A stretch of DNA of 63,750 nucleotides, filler included, from Octopus bimaculoides (taxonomy: Eukaryota): the NCBI RefSeq assembly GCF_001194135.2. It is 8 parts of 8 records of this genome, joined end to end, with 100 filler letters (N's around TTAATTAATTAA, not from the genome) between each part and the next. Parts side by side here need not be neighbours in the genome. Positions count along the whole stretch, not along the records: positions 23,255 to 49,223 come from NC_068985.1; positions 49,324 to 52,695 come from NC_069009.1; 6 more parts are not named here. One strand, 5' to 3'. The first letter of the stretch is position 1; each line of letters begins with the position of its first letter. Position numbers and translations under genes: made by a program. This document shows positions 39,205 to 51,867 of this stretch, in pieces. Below the pieces are notes generated by a model that was given only the letters and a program-made list of their open reading frames with translations, was not told the origin of the DNA and ran no database searches.

Positions 39205-40300
39205 ATTTAAGTAGAAATGAGGAATTGTGTACATTATTTACATTATTTACACTGGTCGAATATGTGTGCTTATCCTGTTTGTTGTNNNNNNNNNNNNNNN
39301 NNNNNNNNNNNNNNNNNNNNNNNNNNNNNNNNNNNNNNGTTTTCTTTCCTAAGGTATGTTTTTGCTGATGTTATTATTATTATTATTATTTGTTCAATAA
39401 CATTACGTGATATGTTTTAAGAAAGTACTAACTACTTTCAGGCTAAACGTGGAACAGATATTAGGTTAAGATCTTTCAGTTTCACTATTTTAGTTGAAGA
39501 GGTGATTGTGGTTCGGTTGAAGTGTGGTTTAATTGAAGCTATGATACTTCCTCGGTTTATTGCTCATGAACCATCTGCTGTTTCGGTGTAGTGTTCTAAA
39601 TTTTGGTTGCGATTTACTGGGATACGCATGAGATCGCTATATTAAAGATCAAACTATCAATGTGAATAAAAATGCTAGCACATACATGTTATGCTATCTT
39701 ACGTTTAGTTTCACTGAATTAGTAGTTTTCAGATTTGAATCTAAGCAAGCTATTTTATATTCACAAAAGATTTCTTATGGCTCTATCTGTTTTATAATTT
39801 TGGCAGGTTCTGAGACACTGAATGAATTTTTCCTCTCTATAGCAGTTCTTAGTAACCGAAGGAACGATAATGTCAACATTTATAGATACAGAATACGTCA
39901 AGTCAAGCCTTACCGGAAAATTTCTGTCTCATAGAATTAAAAGTGAATTAAGCATTTTAATTTCACTTCATTGCATGAGAAACGGCTGAATATGTTTGAG
40001 AATTCAACCGTCGATACATATAATCAGAGGAAAGTGGCGGAGGTCATAACTACAAATTTAAGGACTTGATAAATATTCGTTCCAGAAAGCCAGTCAGCTG
40101 AAACCAAAGAAACTATCCTAGCCAACAGCGATCTTCAGGCATCTTACACTGTTAAACTGTACAATATATAATATAACGTCGTCCTAGAAATATTTATTAC
40201 GTTTGAAGAAATAGTAAAAGAAACATTGTATTACACTCCTTGGTTTCCATTGTTCATATCTCATATCGAACTGGACTTCCCTAATGTTACACGACAAGAA
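39205..40300 (-). mobile_element. Second copy of the hammerhead-bearing tail (39205-39390, core in a 53-N gap) attached to very decayed, probably Penelope-like sequence
   Basis: Tail homology to 16120-16303 is clear; upstream only scattered PLE-like peptides (YVST..SNIF, ITCMC, RIPVNR..EH). Confidence 0.5.
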
Positions 40301-41363
40301 AAAGACTGGGATATATGCACCTTGAAACATGTAAAAGTTGTAATGAAACACTGATATATATATATATATATATATGTTAAATCTCTGAACGAGGTATTAA
40401 CAGTAACTGCACGATAAAGTGAAGTATATTTGCCACTTAAATGTGGCTGACCCCTAAAGGTGGATGTTACTGTTGCTTTTAGCCCCAGGAGAACTTCTCC
40501 TCCAGCTGGCTTATCGACACACATCTGTGTCCTGTCTAATTTTTGCCAAGGCAAGTTATCTCGCCCATCGTGATCTGCGGTACGTACGGACCCGAGTTTC
40601 AGGGTTATTTCCCTTCTCCAGCGTACGATAATCGCCGATCTCCGACGAGAAAGACAGTCCCTCGGCANNNNNNNNNNNNNNNNNNNNNNNNNNNNNNNNN
40701 NNNNNNNNNNNNNNNNNNNNNNNNNNNNNNNNNNNNNNNNNNNNNNNNNNNNNNNNNNNNNNNNNNNNNNNNNNNNNNNNNNNNNNNNNNNNNNNNNNNN
40801 NNNNNNNNNNNNNNNNNNNNNNNNNNNNNNNNNNNNNNNNNNNNNNNNNNNNNNNNNNNNNNNNNNNNNNNNNNNNNNNNNNNNNNNNNNNNNNNNNNNN
40901 NNNNNNNNNNNNNNNNNNNNNNNNNNNNNNNNNNNNNNNNNNNNNNNNNNNNNNNNNNNNNNNNNNNNNNNNNNNNNNNNNNNNNNNNNNNNNNNNNNNN
41001 NNNNNNNNNNNNNNNNNNNNNNNNNNNNNNNNNNNNNNNNNNNNNNNNNNNNNNNNNNNNNNNNNNNNNNNNNNNNNNNNNNNNNNNNNNNNNNNNNNNN
41101 NNNNNNNNNNNNNNNNNNNNNNNNNNNNNNNNNNNNNNNNNNNNNNNNNNNNNNNNNNNNNNNNNNNNNNNNNNNNNNNNNNNNNNNNNNNNNNNNNNNN
41201 NNNNNNNNNNNNNNNNNNNNNNNNNNNNNNNNNNNNNNNNNNNNNNNNNNNNNNNNNNNNNNNNNNNNNNNNNNNNNNNNNNNNNNNNNNNNNNNNNNNN
41301 NNNNNNNNNNNNNNNNNNNNNNNNNNNNNNNNNNNNNNNNNNNNNNNATATATATATATATAT

Positions 41364-41529
41364 ATTGGTTTCAAATGTTGGCACAAGGCCACCGATTTTA
41401 CTCAACTGGTATTTAATTTATCAACCTCGAAAGGATGAAAGGTAAAGTCGACCTTGGCGGAATTTGAGCTCAGAATGTAAAGACGGAAGAAATACCGCTA
41501 AGAGTGCTAACGATTCTGCCACCTCACCA
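41364..41529 (-). mobile_element. tRNA-derived SINE (11765 family), internally deleted
   Basis: Reverse complement begins ggtgaggtggcagaatcgttagcac and contains gtcgactttacctttcatcc. Confidence 0.85.
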
Positions 41530-42149
41530 CCTTAACACAGAGATGAATATTGCATTCACACACTTGTATTACCGGTTTTGAAAATTCACCTACGGTATCT
41601 AGAAGCATAGGTTTACCTTGTATAAAAATTATTTATATTTTAGCCTTGTAAACTACGTGAATCATTCATTTTACAGAAGTAATGCGTTCATGAAAATTTA
41701 ACCGCAACGCGAAATCTAGCCGTAACGTAAAATGTAAAATTAATTTTCGTACTGATCTTAATATTACTAGGTCAAATTGCGTTCCTTCGGACATTTTCGA
41801 AAAAAGAAAACCCACAAGAAGACATCAAAGCGATCACCTTATTGCAGGAACATATCAATTTCTAAACACACACTGCAATAAAGAAACATAAAAACACCCA
41901 AAAAATGTTCAAGTTGGGGAATTAATACGAATCGTAATATGTTAAGCGTATGCTCTTACCATAAAAGGTGTTGACAACTGTGTGAGGGGGAGTGATGGAA
42001 TGAACGTTACTGAGAGGATGAGAGACACTATTTACCATTTACTTCTCATTATCAAGTACATCAGCTTGAGGCGGGAAGAACTTATCTTAAGTTATTTTGT
42101 TGTTTATTACATATCTTCTCTTTGTACAGCTCAGTATAGAAACTGAGAT

Positions 42150-43600
42150 AATTGTAAACTTTTCTTCGACATTTATACTGCATTCACGCTTAGAACCATT
42201 ATCACCAACCACCTGCTGACCTCCCTCTAAAATGCCAAACAATTTGCATGAAATTGTGTAGCCAATTTAAGTGGTGTAGGTGGACTTCAGTTGTCTCACC
42301 TGCATTCTCTGCTTGTTCTTTTTTTAACAACATCAGCTCATTGTTAGATAAACTTTCTCGCTGAGACACTAGCAACTCAATCACATCCTCCTTTATGACT
42401 TCTTCAAATCCTACATCCCTAGCAAGCGTCACGTTATCTTTCTGTATTTCATTTAGATCTTCTGCTTGAGGAAAATTTGTAATGTCACAGAAACAGTTTT
42501 GCCATATACACTTACAAGCGCTATTCAAGGTTAAATGTTTCACTTCATGTCATGATTCAGATATATTTTCTACAGCACACATTATGTTCAATTTCGAATA
42601 GAAATCTACAACTGTAGGTTTATCCACATAGGCACTTGCTTTCATAAGTTGCCTGATAGATCTCATATAAGTTTGGTGTTATAATTTGATCCATTGGCTG
42701 CAACAACGAAATTGTGTTCTTGAGGATACATTCTACACTCACATTATTAGAAAGGTCATTCAAGTTCGCAGAGTGGCTCAGTGTATTGTCTATGATAAAC
42801 TATGTTTTGTTGGAAATATTGGTTCTAGCACTGTATCATTCTACGGTAGGTCGGAAAACGTTTGCAAACCGCTGTTTGTGAAAAGGGTCTTAGCCATCCA
42901 TATCTTCTTATTTGAACGCCAAATCAAATGAAGATTAAATTTTATGTAACCCTTGACAGCCTTTGCATTTTCGGAGTGATACATGTGTAAGGACTTTAAT
43001 TTCATAGCATCAGCGGCATTTTCCTCTAAAAGTAGTGTTAAACAATTTTTGGAAGCTTTAAATTGTGGTGTTGAAAATCTTCTCGAGAAATAAAAGTTCT
43101 ATCAGACATACACTTCCAGAAGAGTGCAACCTCATCAACATTAGATACTTTTCTTCAACTGCTCAGGGTAATTAGTGACAACCTCTGTATCAGTACTCGC
43201 AGCATCGATCATTTTAACGTTGTGCGAATTCAGGCGCTTCTAAATCATTCAAACCAGGCTTTACTATCTCAAAATGGTCTTTCCTTAGACGTTTCACTTT
43301 CCTCTTTCTGCAAATCATCATATAAACTTTTGGCATCTTGTAATTGCCATCGTGTTTATCGGTATATTACGCCGATTATTATCCTTGATCCGTTCGCTCA
43401 AAATTCTTTCTAGTTTAAGCTTTGTACAGATATATGGAAAAATAAGGTCCAGACAGATTTAACGCAGTATCCTCTTGAGAGTTTGGCGTAATTGTTTCTC
43501 TGTTGTTAGTAATAATCTTCCTGTAGACGTTGCAAGATTTAATTTCTGACAATATAACTTTGTTTTTCTTCCGCACTACTTGAGAGCGCCTTTGCATACA
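42150..43600 (-). mobile_element. Decayed Tigger/pogo (TIGD1-like) transposase
   Basis: AKSLYDDL..SKAWFE..., NVDEVALFWKCMSDRT, FKASKNCLTLLL..NA, YHSENA, TLARDVGFEEVIKEDVIELLVS. Confidence 0.8.
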
Positions 43601-44686
43601 TCTTAAACTCAAGTCAAAAACAACAGTAGCGGCGATTAATTATCCACAATATATCTATTGTAAGAAAATGGCCTAGGAAAGCTGTCACAGTTATGAGAAT
43701 GGTAAGTTGGCTTACTTCTTTTGATCCTATAATGAAAATCAGATAAGAAGGTGAATGACTGGTGATAAAGTTCTACACCATTAGAGTTAGATGAAGATTC
43801 GCTAGATTTTACAGGCAATTCGTTCCTTTCACTTCTGACTTTAAATGTACACATACGCCCGTGCGCATACACACATCCACAGACACACACTCACAATCCC
43901 TAAAAGATTCATACAAACTCAAGCACGTAATTATCACACCTGCGTTGGCGTAAATGCTAAAATCAGTGGCTTCATACCGGGTAATGTTTGGGTTGCATTG
44001 GTTGACATGTTAGTGACGACGGGCGAGTATAGTTGGTGTTATAGTTGTATCACTGCTCTCGCTAATTGCATTTTGGTGGCAGTTTAGTCTGAAGTCAATC
44101 CTCATAAACCTTAGATAAAAGATATTTCCTTCGACTTTTAAAAGGCACTAGGATAATCCTCAATGTTGTTTTTTATTTACAGATGGTTTTGTTTATCTAC
44201 TTTATACTACATATTACTGTTGCTGGTGGTGCTTGTGCTCGTGCTGATGATAGAAACACACAAACACACACTCACATACATACATACATAGTGTATACAT
44301 ACATACATACATGCATGCATACATTCATGCATGCATGCATACATCCATCCATCCATCCATCCATCCATCCATACATACATACATACATACATCTACTATT
44401 ACGTATGTGACAAATTATTTTGTGGGTGTGTTTGTGATGTTGCTAGCTAACTCGCCCTACATCATATTATCGATTTTGATGAAACTTGAGGAATGAGTAG
44501 AACTCATGTCTGGAAACCTCACGGCATGCTCACAGTGTTGACAAAATCGATAATAGGGACTCTGGAAACGATCTTTATATATCTAATATATTTCATTTTA
44601 ACAGTCAAGGGAAATAACCTATTCGCCCAGATTTTAAGAGCCAAAGGAAATAATCCATTCATTTTCGTAAATCATTTGGTATAAAT

Positions 44687-45242
44687 CAAATTGAGTATGC
44701 TTATTTCTTAGTATTTGAACTGTTTGAGTTATTTTCGCAATGTATCCAGTTCAACCCTTAAACAAGTAAATAGTATTTTCCTAAACAATAGATCCACTTA
44801 TTTCGGTTAGCGGCTTATTCAAGAATATACCAACACTAGCGCTGCTGAGGGTAATATTGTCTGGGAAGGCACAAAGGCCCTTTTCAGAGTTATTTACTTT
44901 GAATTGCTATTATCTCATATCTCTTAACCTTTTATCACGTAACTTGGTTCACGATTTTANNNNNNNNNNCAAATTGAGTATGCTTATTTCTTAGTATTTG
45001 AACTGTTTGAGTTATTTTCGCAATGTATCCAGTTCAACCCTTAAACAAGTAAATAGTATTTTCCTAAACAATAGATCCACTTATTTCGGTTAGCGGCTTA
45101 TTCAAGAATATACCAACACTAGCGCTGCTGAGGGTAATATTGTCTGGGAAGGCACAAAGGCCCTTTTCAGAGTTATTTACTTTGAATTGCTATTATCTCA
45201 TATCTCTTAACCTTTTATCACGTAACTTGGTTCACGATTTTA
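44687..45242. other. Identical 273-bp duplication either side of a 10-N gap (unmerged contig overlap)
   Basis: 44687-44959 equals 44970-45242. Confidence 0.85.
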
Positions 45243-45990
45243 GTATAATACCTTATTAGTATTTCCTCCTAAGTTCTATATACTCTGGGAACGCATTAAA
45301 GCCCATTGCGGTACTACTTTATTTGGATTCTTTCTATCGGGTAACTAATTTCATGTTATTACATAACTTTCTTAACAATTTGGGTATTCATAACATATTG
45401 GAAATTTCTAAAAACAAGATCCTTTGTAAGACAGTTCGGTATATTCTGTAAATGTACAAAAACCGATTTAAGGACTGCATACTTTGTATTGTTGGTATTG
45501 GATTAGCGAAACAATTAGGAGAACGGAACCGAGGGATAAACCCCGCTTTCCTGGGAATTACCGGGTACGTAAGCTAGTTCATACATACATTCTTATACAG
45601 ATATGCATACTTTCATTCATACATATATATCTGAATGTATGTAATATGTATGTATATAAGTATGCATGATTATATATAAATATAATCATATTGCGTACGT
45701 TATATATACATGTGTGTATGTGTATGCATGTATATGTGTAAGGAGATTATATTTTTTTTAATTGTTAACAATTTACAACAATCAATATGAGTTTGTATAA
45801 CAGCTAAATTACAAAACATATCCCATAATTAATGATAATTTGTAATTTACGTTAGCGTGAAATCCTGTAATATGAGGTAGCTGTAAAGCAGAGATGTCTG
45901 TACTTCAAACTTCAAAGAAGATCGTACAAATCTGAAAATCAAGAGTGATTACCTATGGATATTGTTTCATCAATTTCGATATCTCTAAAT

Positions 45991-46674
45991 CAGTGGTTCT
46001 CAACTGGGGACTGTATGGCCCCTGAAGATCCATATAAGATCTTGGGGATAAAAGAATTGTAAATTGGGGATCAGCAATATAATTTTAAGGACCCCTGAAA
46101 GAGATTTTTTTGTTTGTTTCTTATAAAGCTGGCACTCTATTGGTTACGATGACGAGGGTTCCAGTTGATCCGATCGACGGAACAGCCTGCTCGTGAAATT
46201 AATGTGCAAGTGGCTGAGCACTCCACAGGCACGTGTAACCTTAATGTAGCTCTCAGGGAGATTCAGTGTGACACAGAGTGTGACAAGGCTGGCCCTTTAA
46301 AATACAGGTACTACTCATTTTTTTCCAGCAGAGTGAACTGGAACAACGTGAAATAAAGTGTCTCGGTCAAGGGCACAACGTGTCGCCGGGAATTGAACTT
46401 ATGATTGTGAACCGAACGCCCTAACCATCAGGTCACACGCCTTCGCTAGGTTTGGATATACGTACCGGTATGTATTGCAAGACAGATTTCTTTCTCTAAC
46501 ATGTACATAGTTCAACCTACACAAGGTAATGTGCGAAAAACAAAATAGGAATATTGAGAGACGTTACTATTAAGCTAGTTATTAAACATAGGATATCTAT
46601 GTGGGCTCACCAGGAAAAAAATAGCAAACAAAAGGGTCCATAAATAGATAATAAGAAATGGTTGAGAAGCCCCG
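45991..46674. mobile_element. hAT (Charlie-like) MITE interrupted by a SINE
   Basis: TIRs cagtggttctcaac / gttgagaagccccg; 8-bp flanks ctctaaat / ttctaaag resemble the NTCTAGAN target. Confidence 0.7.
46131..46444 (-). mobile_element. tRNA-derived SINE nested in the hAT MITE
   Basis: 3' body shared with 22583/51341; middle shared with the 28704 SINE. Confidence 0.85.
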
Positions 46675-49019
46675 TTCTAAAGTAATATATATATGATTTA
46701 TATGCACTAATGATAGATATCAGCTAGTGTAAAATTGAGTATAATTATGTAACAATGCAGCTAATGTCTGTTTTTGTTTATCTCTTTCTTTCTCTTTAGT
46801 TTACATACAACAAACACGAGTTACTCGAGCCCACGAAAATCTTTCTTAGCAATCGCGTATCCTGTTAGAGCTAGCAGCGACATCTCTCCAACTCTAATCA
46901 CACATTACTATCTTAGTAAATAAACGAAGACAGTGGATATTGTAGAACTAGTTGTTATGCTTGAAAAAGACATATTTGACAGGAAAGGTACGAACTTCAT
47001 CAAAGTTCTCTGAGATTAATGCTGTCTCGGGGCTAAAACTTAACAGTAGCCACAACTTCAACAATGATACTAACATCAGTAAAAATTACCACATCTTACC
47101 TATTTAACATTCTGCCACTTGTAATGACACGTGGAAAATCAAGAATATGACCACATTTTTAAGAGTAAAATGGCAGGAAGTTAATATATTTCTATAATAG
47201 TCCGTCCATTCTTTTTTTAATTTCCATTCTAACGTTAATTCTTTTTATTTGATAATTGTCTTATTTTTAGCTAATCTCTCTCCACAACACTTCATCAACA
47301 CACTAAATATAAAACATTCATTTCCTGATTTCTACATCTCACTCACCTGTTTCTACTCATTCTTATTTTGCTCCTATCAGAGGAAAAAAACAGGAGCCAA
47401 AGAAACAGGAATCTGCATATGTGGAAGGTGATGTGGTGAATAATGTTTGTATGTGTGTGTTTATGTGTGTGTTTATGTAATATAGCATTGATCGTAACAT
47501 AGAAAGGCTCTAACGAAAGGCGACAAAAGCGCGCTCACACGCACACATACACATACACACAGATGCAAATATATGTATGTATATGTAAATATATGTGTTT
47601 GTATGTGTGTTGTGTTTGTGTGCATTGGAATTACTTAAGGCATCTTCTATTTTGCTTTTTTTATTCCTTTCTTTTAAAATACCACCTCTTGTAAATTACA
47701 GTCCAAACTAAATGTAAATTTCTTTCCTTCCTGACATTTTTTACGTGTTTTTGATTTCTGATTTCAGTACGCTTTTTTTTTTTCCTATTTCATTCAAGAT
47801 TCTCTTTAATGTGTCCCACCCACTTGCTGTATCGATTTCATTTAGGTTTTCTGGTATTTTATTTATATCAGTGGTTTACTTGATGTTATTGGCGTGTCAG
47901 TTTTGAGTCTCGGTGACTCTTCCTTATCAAATTACTTGCAACTCTTTAGAAATGTTCGAGAAACTAAACAACGAAACAAAAAACAAGTATATAAATAAAT
48001 ATACATACAGTATACGTATAATATACATATAAAATACGTATAAAAATGACTACTCTATTTTCCTCTCACTTTTTTTTAGTATGACTTCCATTACTATTGT
48101 TGTCTTTTTTTCTTTATTCTGTGGTTGTAATTCTTGTAATTGTTGTTGATGAGTCATGTTTTATTATTTAGAAATATATTCTAGAATATTTTAACGTTCA
48201 AAGTATTTTTCAGAGTTAGATTGTCTTTTTTTATTACTTTTATGTTTACATCCATCTTCTGTTTTTTTTTATTATATGAAACTTAATATTATTTATATCC
48301 TGGAGGAAGAAAACTACTTACCTGACAACTCAGTCGAAGAAACTCTTAATTAACCATCACGAGATTACACCTAGCAAAACTTACCCCGCTGATAGATGAA
48401 AAGAAATGAAAAAAAATCGAGATGCTGGGAAATATTGCAGGAATCTCCTTTCTTTCTACTTTACTTTAAAAACAGTTTCTTCTTTTTCTCTCTGTCGAGA
48501 TCTTAAATGGTTAACGTTAAAGATTTTGTTGAAAGTTCTATTATTTTCAAGTTAGAATTAAATTTGTCTAAAGCAAGTTCACTTTTAGTTCACAAATATT
48601 TTAATTTTAGTTTATAAATTTGTATGTTTGCCATTTTCTTGTTTTCAATTTCAGTACTGTATGACTGTGAGATTGTAAATACACGTCACTCCGCTAAAGA
48701 CCTCTACTTCTGTCTCAGATACTTTTGAATTATAACCCTTTAGGAATCCGTACTTTTCCGCCAGGCACCAAACACAAACTTGCGCTGATAAACAACGATA
48801 AACAGTATTTCTATTTACGCTTTCCATCAAACACGGTATTCACGTGGTAAGACTTTTTTTCTACATTGAACAAAGGATACAAAATCTACTTACACGAGTT
48901 ACCAAAATATATCACTGCCTGTTTCTATCAAGTCATGTGCGCGCTCACACAACCACACGCGCTCATGAATGTTATGTTGTGCATGTATGAAGAGAAACAT
49001 AGAGAGCGGAGAGACACGC

Positions 49020-49052
<33 letters not shown>

Positions 49053-49323
49053 GAAGAGGGAGGGAAATATATCTTCTTAATTATTATTCTGAGAAATACT
49101 GTAGATCGGGCTGTCCTTAAACATTTTCATAGCATCTATTTTTCTTTGAGGAGAGGTTAATACTCTCTTCGCAGGAGATATAATACATACATACATATAT
49201 ACATATATACATACACATATATANNNNNNNNNNNNNNNNNNNNNNNNNNNNNNNNNNNNNNNNNNNNTTAATTAATTAANNNNNNNNNNNNNNNNNNNNN
49301 NNNNNNNNNNNNNNNNNNNNNNN

Positions 49324-49376
<53 letters not shown>

Positions 49377-50287
49377 ATATATATGTATTTGTCTGTGTGT
49401 GTGTGTGTGTGTGTGTGCTTCTTTCTATGTAATTTATATGTGTGCATGTATGTATGTATAGTCATGATTAAAATTATCTGTTAAAGTACAATACGTTATA
49501 TAACCCCTTTTGTTTATCACTTGGATCACTTATGGAAACGTACTGACAGATGTTATTACGTGGGACATTTGAGTTTATTATTAAATCACTAAAAATCCTT
49601 TTCTTATTAATGTTCTGTAGAATCGCTCAGCAGATAAAGAAGCGTAAAATAAAAGAGATATCATTGGTACATGTTTCCGTCTTCACCGTGTTCATGACAA
49701 TACAATATCTGAATCTTCAATGACGCATTCCCCATTACTGTGTAGCATTGAATTCAAACGATTTACAATTCTCAGTTGCAGCACTGTAACATTAAAGAGA
49801 TTTTGTTCAGCTTGCATGCGATGACTTCATTTTCTCGTAAGAATTTGATGTAGACTGATCGATATTAATCCTCAGATCCGGGGCCCGTTTTCATTTAGGT
49901 TCAGCTTGTAACTGAACAATAATTTCGTCCAAATTATCAGATGTTTATGATGGCAGGGTGTATCACAGCTCATTGGTTGTCAATAACATTATTTATAAAC
50001 GCCCACCACTACGAGTATGTCTTATTCAACTATAAGAGATTTCATAGCGTTGTGTATCTCCCCCATTGTTTCAGTTAACGTTACAGAACAAGAGACATTA
50101 ACGAGACATAACAATCAATATATAACTGATGTACAAATGAACACATTTAGCAATCTCTGTATTATATGAATCCTGAGTTGTTAATTAAGTTGCATTAAAT
50201 CTTATGCGACATTTAATTTGCTTCTAATACTTCGTCTAAAAGCGACAGTAAATTCTCTTAGATTTCATGTATAATTTTCCATTGCAG

Positions 50288-50519
50288 AAAATGCTGAGTG
50301 GGGTTTAGCAATACTCCTCAATATTTCACAGAAATCAGTGTATCTCAAAGCAGAAGATATTGACTTGGCTGTAGACACTCATGAGAAAATAGTGCCATTG
50401 ATACCGAACGTGCCCGCCAATATAACAGTGAACACTATACTTCCTAGTATCAACGATATGATAAACACACCGGAAGAGGTTTTGCTTGAAGCAGGACAGT
50501 CAGAAAGAACTGGGAAAAG
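50288..50519 (+). CDS. Internal exon of an ADGRG-like adhesion GPCR (GAIN subdomain A region)
   Basis: ttttccattgcag acceptor, AG|GTAAAA donor; NAEWGLAILLNISQKSVYLKAEDIDLAVDTHEKIV...TILPSINDMINTPEEVLLEAGQSERTGK; splices in phase to the next exon. Confidence 0.7.
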
Positions 50520-50544
50520 GTAAAATTCATATCACATTTGTAAC

Positions 50545-50578
<34 letters not shown>

Positions 50579-50749
50579 TTTAGAGGGAGAAGAGAGAGGA
50601 GGAGTAGTAGTAGAAGAAGAAGAAGAAGAAGAAGAAGAAACAGTAGCATAAATTGATTTATTAATCAGTATAATTAGTGTAATTACACCTATATCAAATT
50701 ACGCATTTGAAACACTTAATTGAAATTTATTTTCTTGATTTTCTTACAG

Positions 50750-50921
50750 AATACTGGACATTGTAGAAGCAATCCAAGAAAAGATTCCACTGGAAGGGCA
50801 GCAGCTCACAGTTGTATATTCTAATCTTGGTATAGGTGCTATGAAAGTGGAGAAGGACAGTTTCAATGGTGCTTTCTATGGTGTTTCATTTGGAAATAAT
50901 AAAGATGAAGCTAAGACAATG
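50750..50921 (+). CDS. Next exon of the same adhesion GPCR (GAIN A/B junction)
   Basis: ttttcttacag acceptor; phase-2 junction restores R; RILDIVEAIQEKIPLEGQQLTVVYSNLGIGAMKVEKDSFNG resembles the helix-then-beta-strand segment of GPR64/GPR126-type GAIN domains; donor ATG|GTACAA moderate. Confidence 0.7.
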
Positions 50922-51084
50922 GTACAATACTTTCTCATGATTACTCTCATTAACCGTTTGTTCTAAACACTAAAGTTAATAAAATACATTACAATGAAAT
51001 ATGATATCTTTATTATCATATAAAGTAGCGATGGTATAAAGCGATGGCATAAAGCATAGATTAGCAATAAAGCTAAAATAATAA

Positions 51085-51295
51085 TCGTTAATACTTTAAG
51101 TACAAGGCCTGAAATTTTGAGGTGGGTATCAAGTTGATTATATCGGCGCTCGTACTCGACTGGTAGTTAATTTATCGACCCCAAAGAAATCAAACGGAAA
51201 TTTGATCTCTGATGAATTTGAAATTCGAGTGTAAAGACGGATGAAATATTGCTACGCGTTTTGTCCGGCGTGCTAACTGTTCTGTCAGCTCACTA
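51085..51295 (-). mobile_element. Diverged tRNA-derived SINE (11765 family)
   Basis: Reverse complement agtgagctgacagaacagttagcacgccgg... Confidence 0.75.
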
Positions 51296-51340
51296 CCTTT
51301 AAAGCTGACATAATAATAGGAGCTTATATACATACAAGTG

Positions 51341-51722
51341 GTGGAGGCGCAATGGCCCAGTGGTTAGGGCAGCAGACTCGCGGTCATAGGATCACGGTTT
51401 CCATTCCCAGACCGGGCGTTGTGAGTGTTTATTGAGCGAAAACACCTAAAGCTGCACGAGGCTCTGGCAGGGGATGGTGGCGACCCCTGCTGTACTCTTC
51501 CACCACAACTTTCTCTCACTCTTACTTCCTGTTTCTGTTGTGCCTGTATTTCAAAGGGTCAGCCTTGTCACACTGTGTCACGCTGAATATCCCCCGAGAA
51601 CTACGTTAAGGGTACACGTGTCTGTGGAGTGCTCAGCCACTTGCACGTTAATTTCATGAGCAGGCTGTTCCGTTGATCGGATCAACTGGAACCCTCGACG
51701 TCGTAAGCGACGGAGTGCCAAA
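51341..51722 (+). mobile_element. Full-length tRNA-derived SINE
   Basis: tRNA-like head gtggaggcgcaatggcccagtggttagggc...ggtttccattccc; near-identical inverse copies at 22583 and 61908. Confidence 0.9.
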
Positions 51723-51867
51723 GCAAGGAAGCAAGCAAAGCAAAAAACATACAAGTGACCTTTGCAATTGTTCTGATCATTTGATTCCTTAGAAAATATT
51801 GCAGGCTGAGACAGAGAGAAGAAAAGTAATAAATATACCAATAATTAGTTGACCAATGTAGAAACTT

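Noticed and set aside
39441-40320. Plus-strand open frames resembling SEA-domain exons
   Set aside because: Phases and order are inconsistent, and the region is better explained as the antisense of a decayed retroelement.
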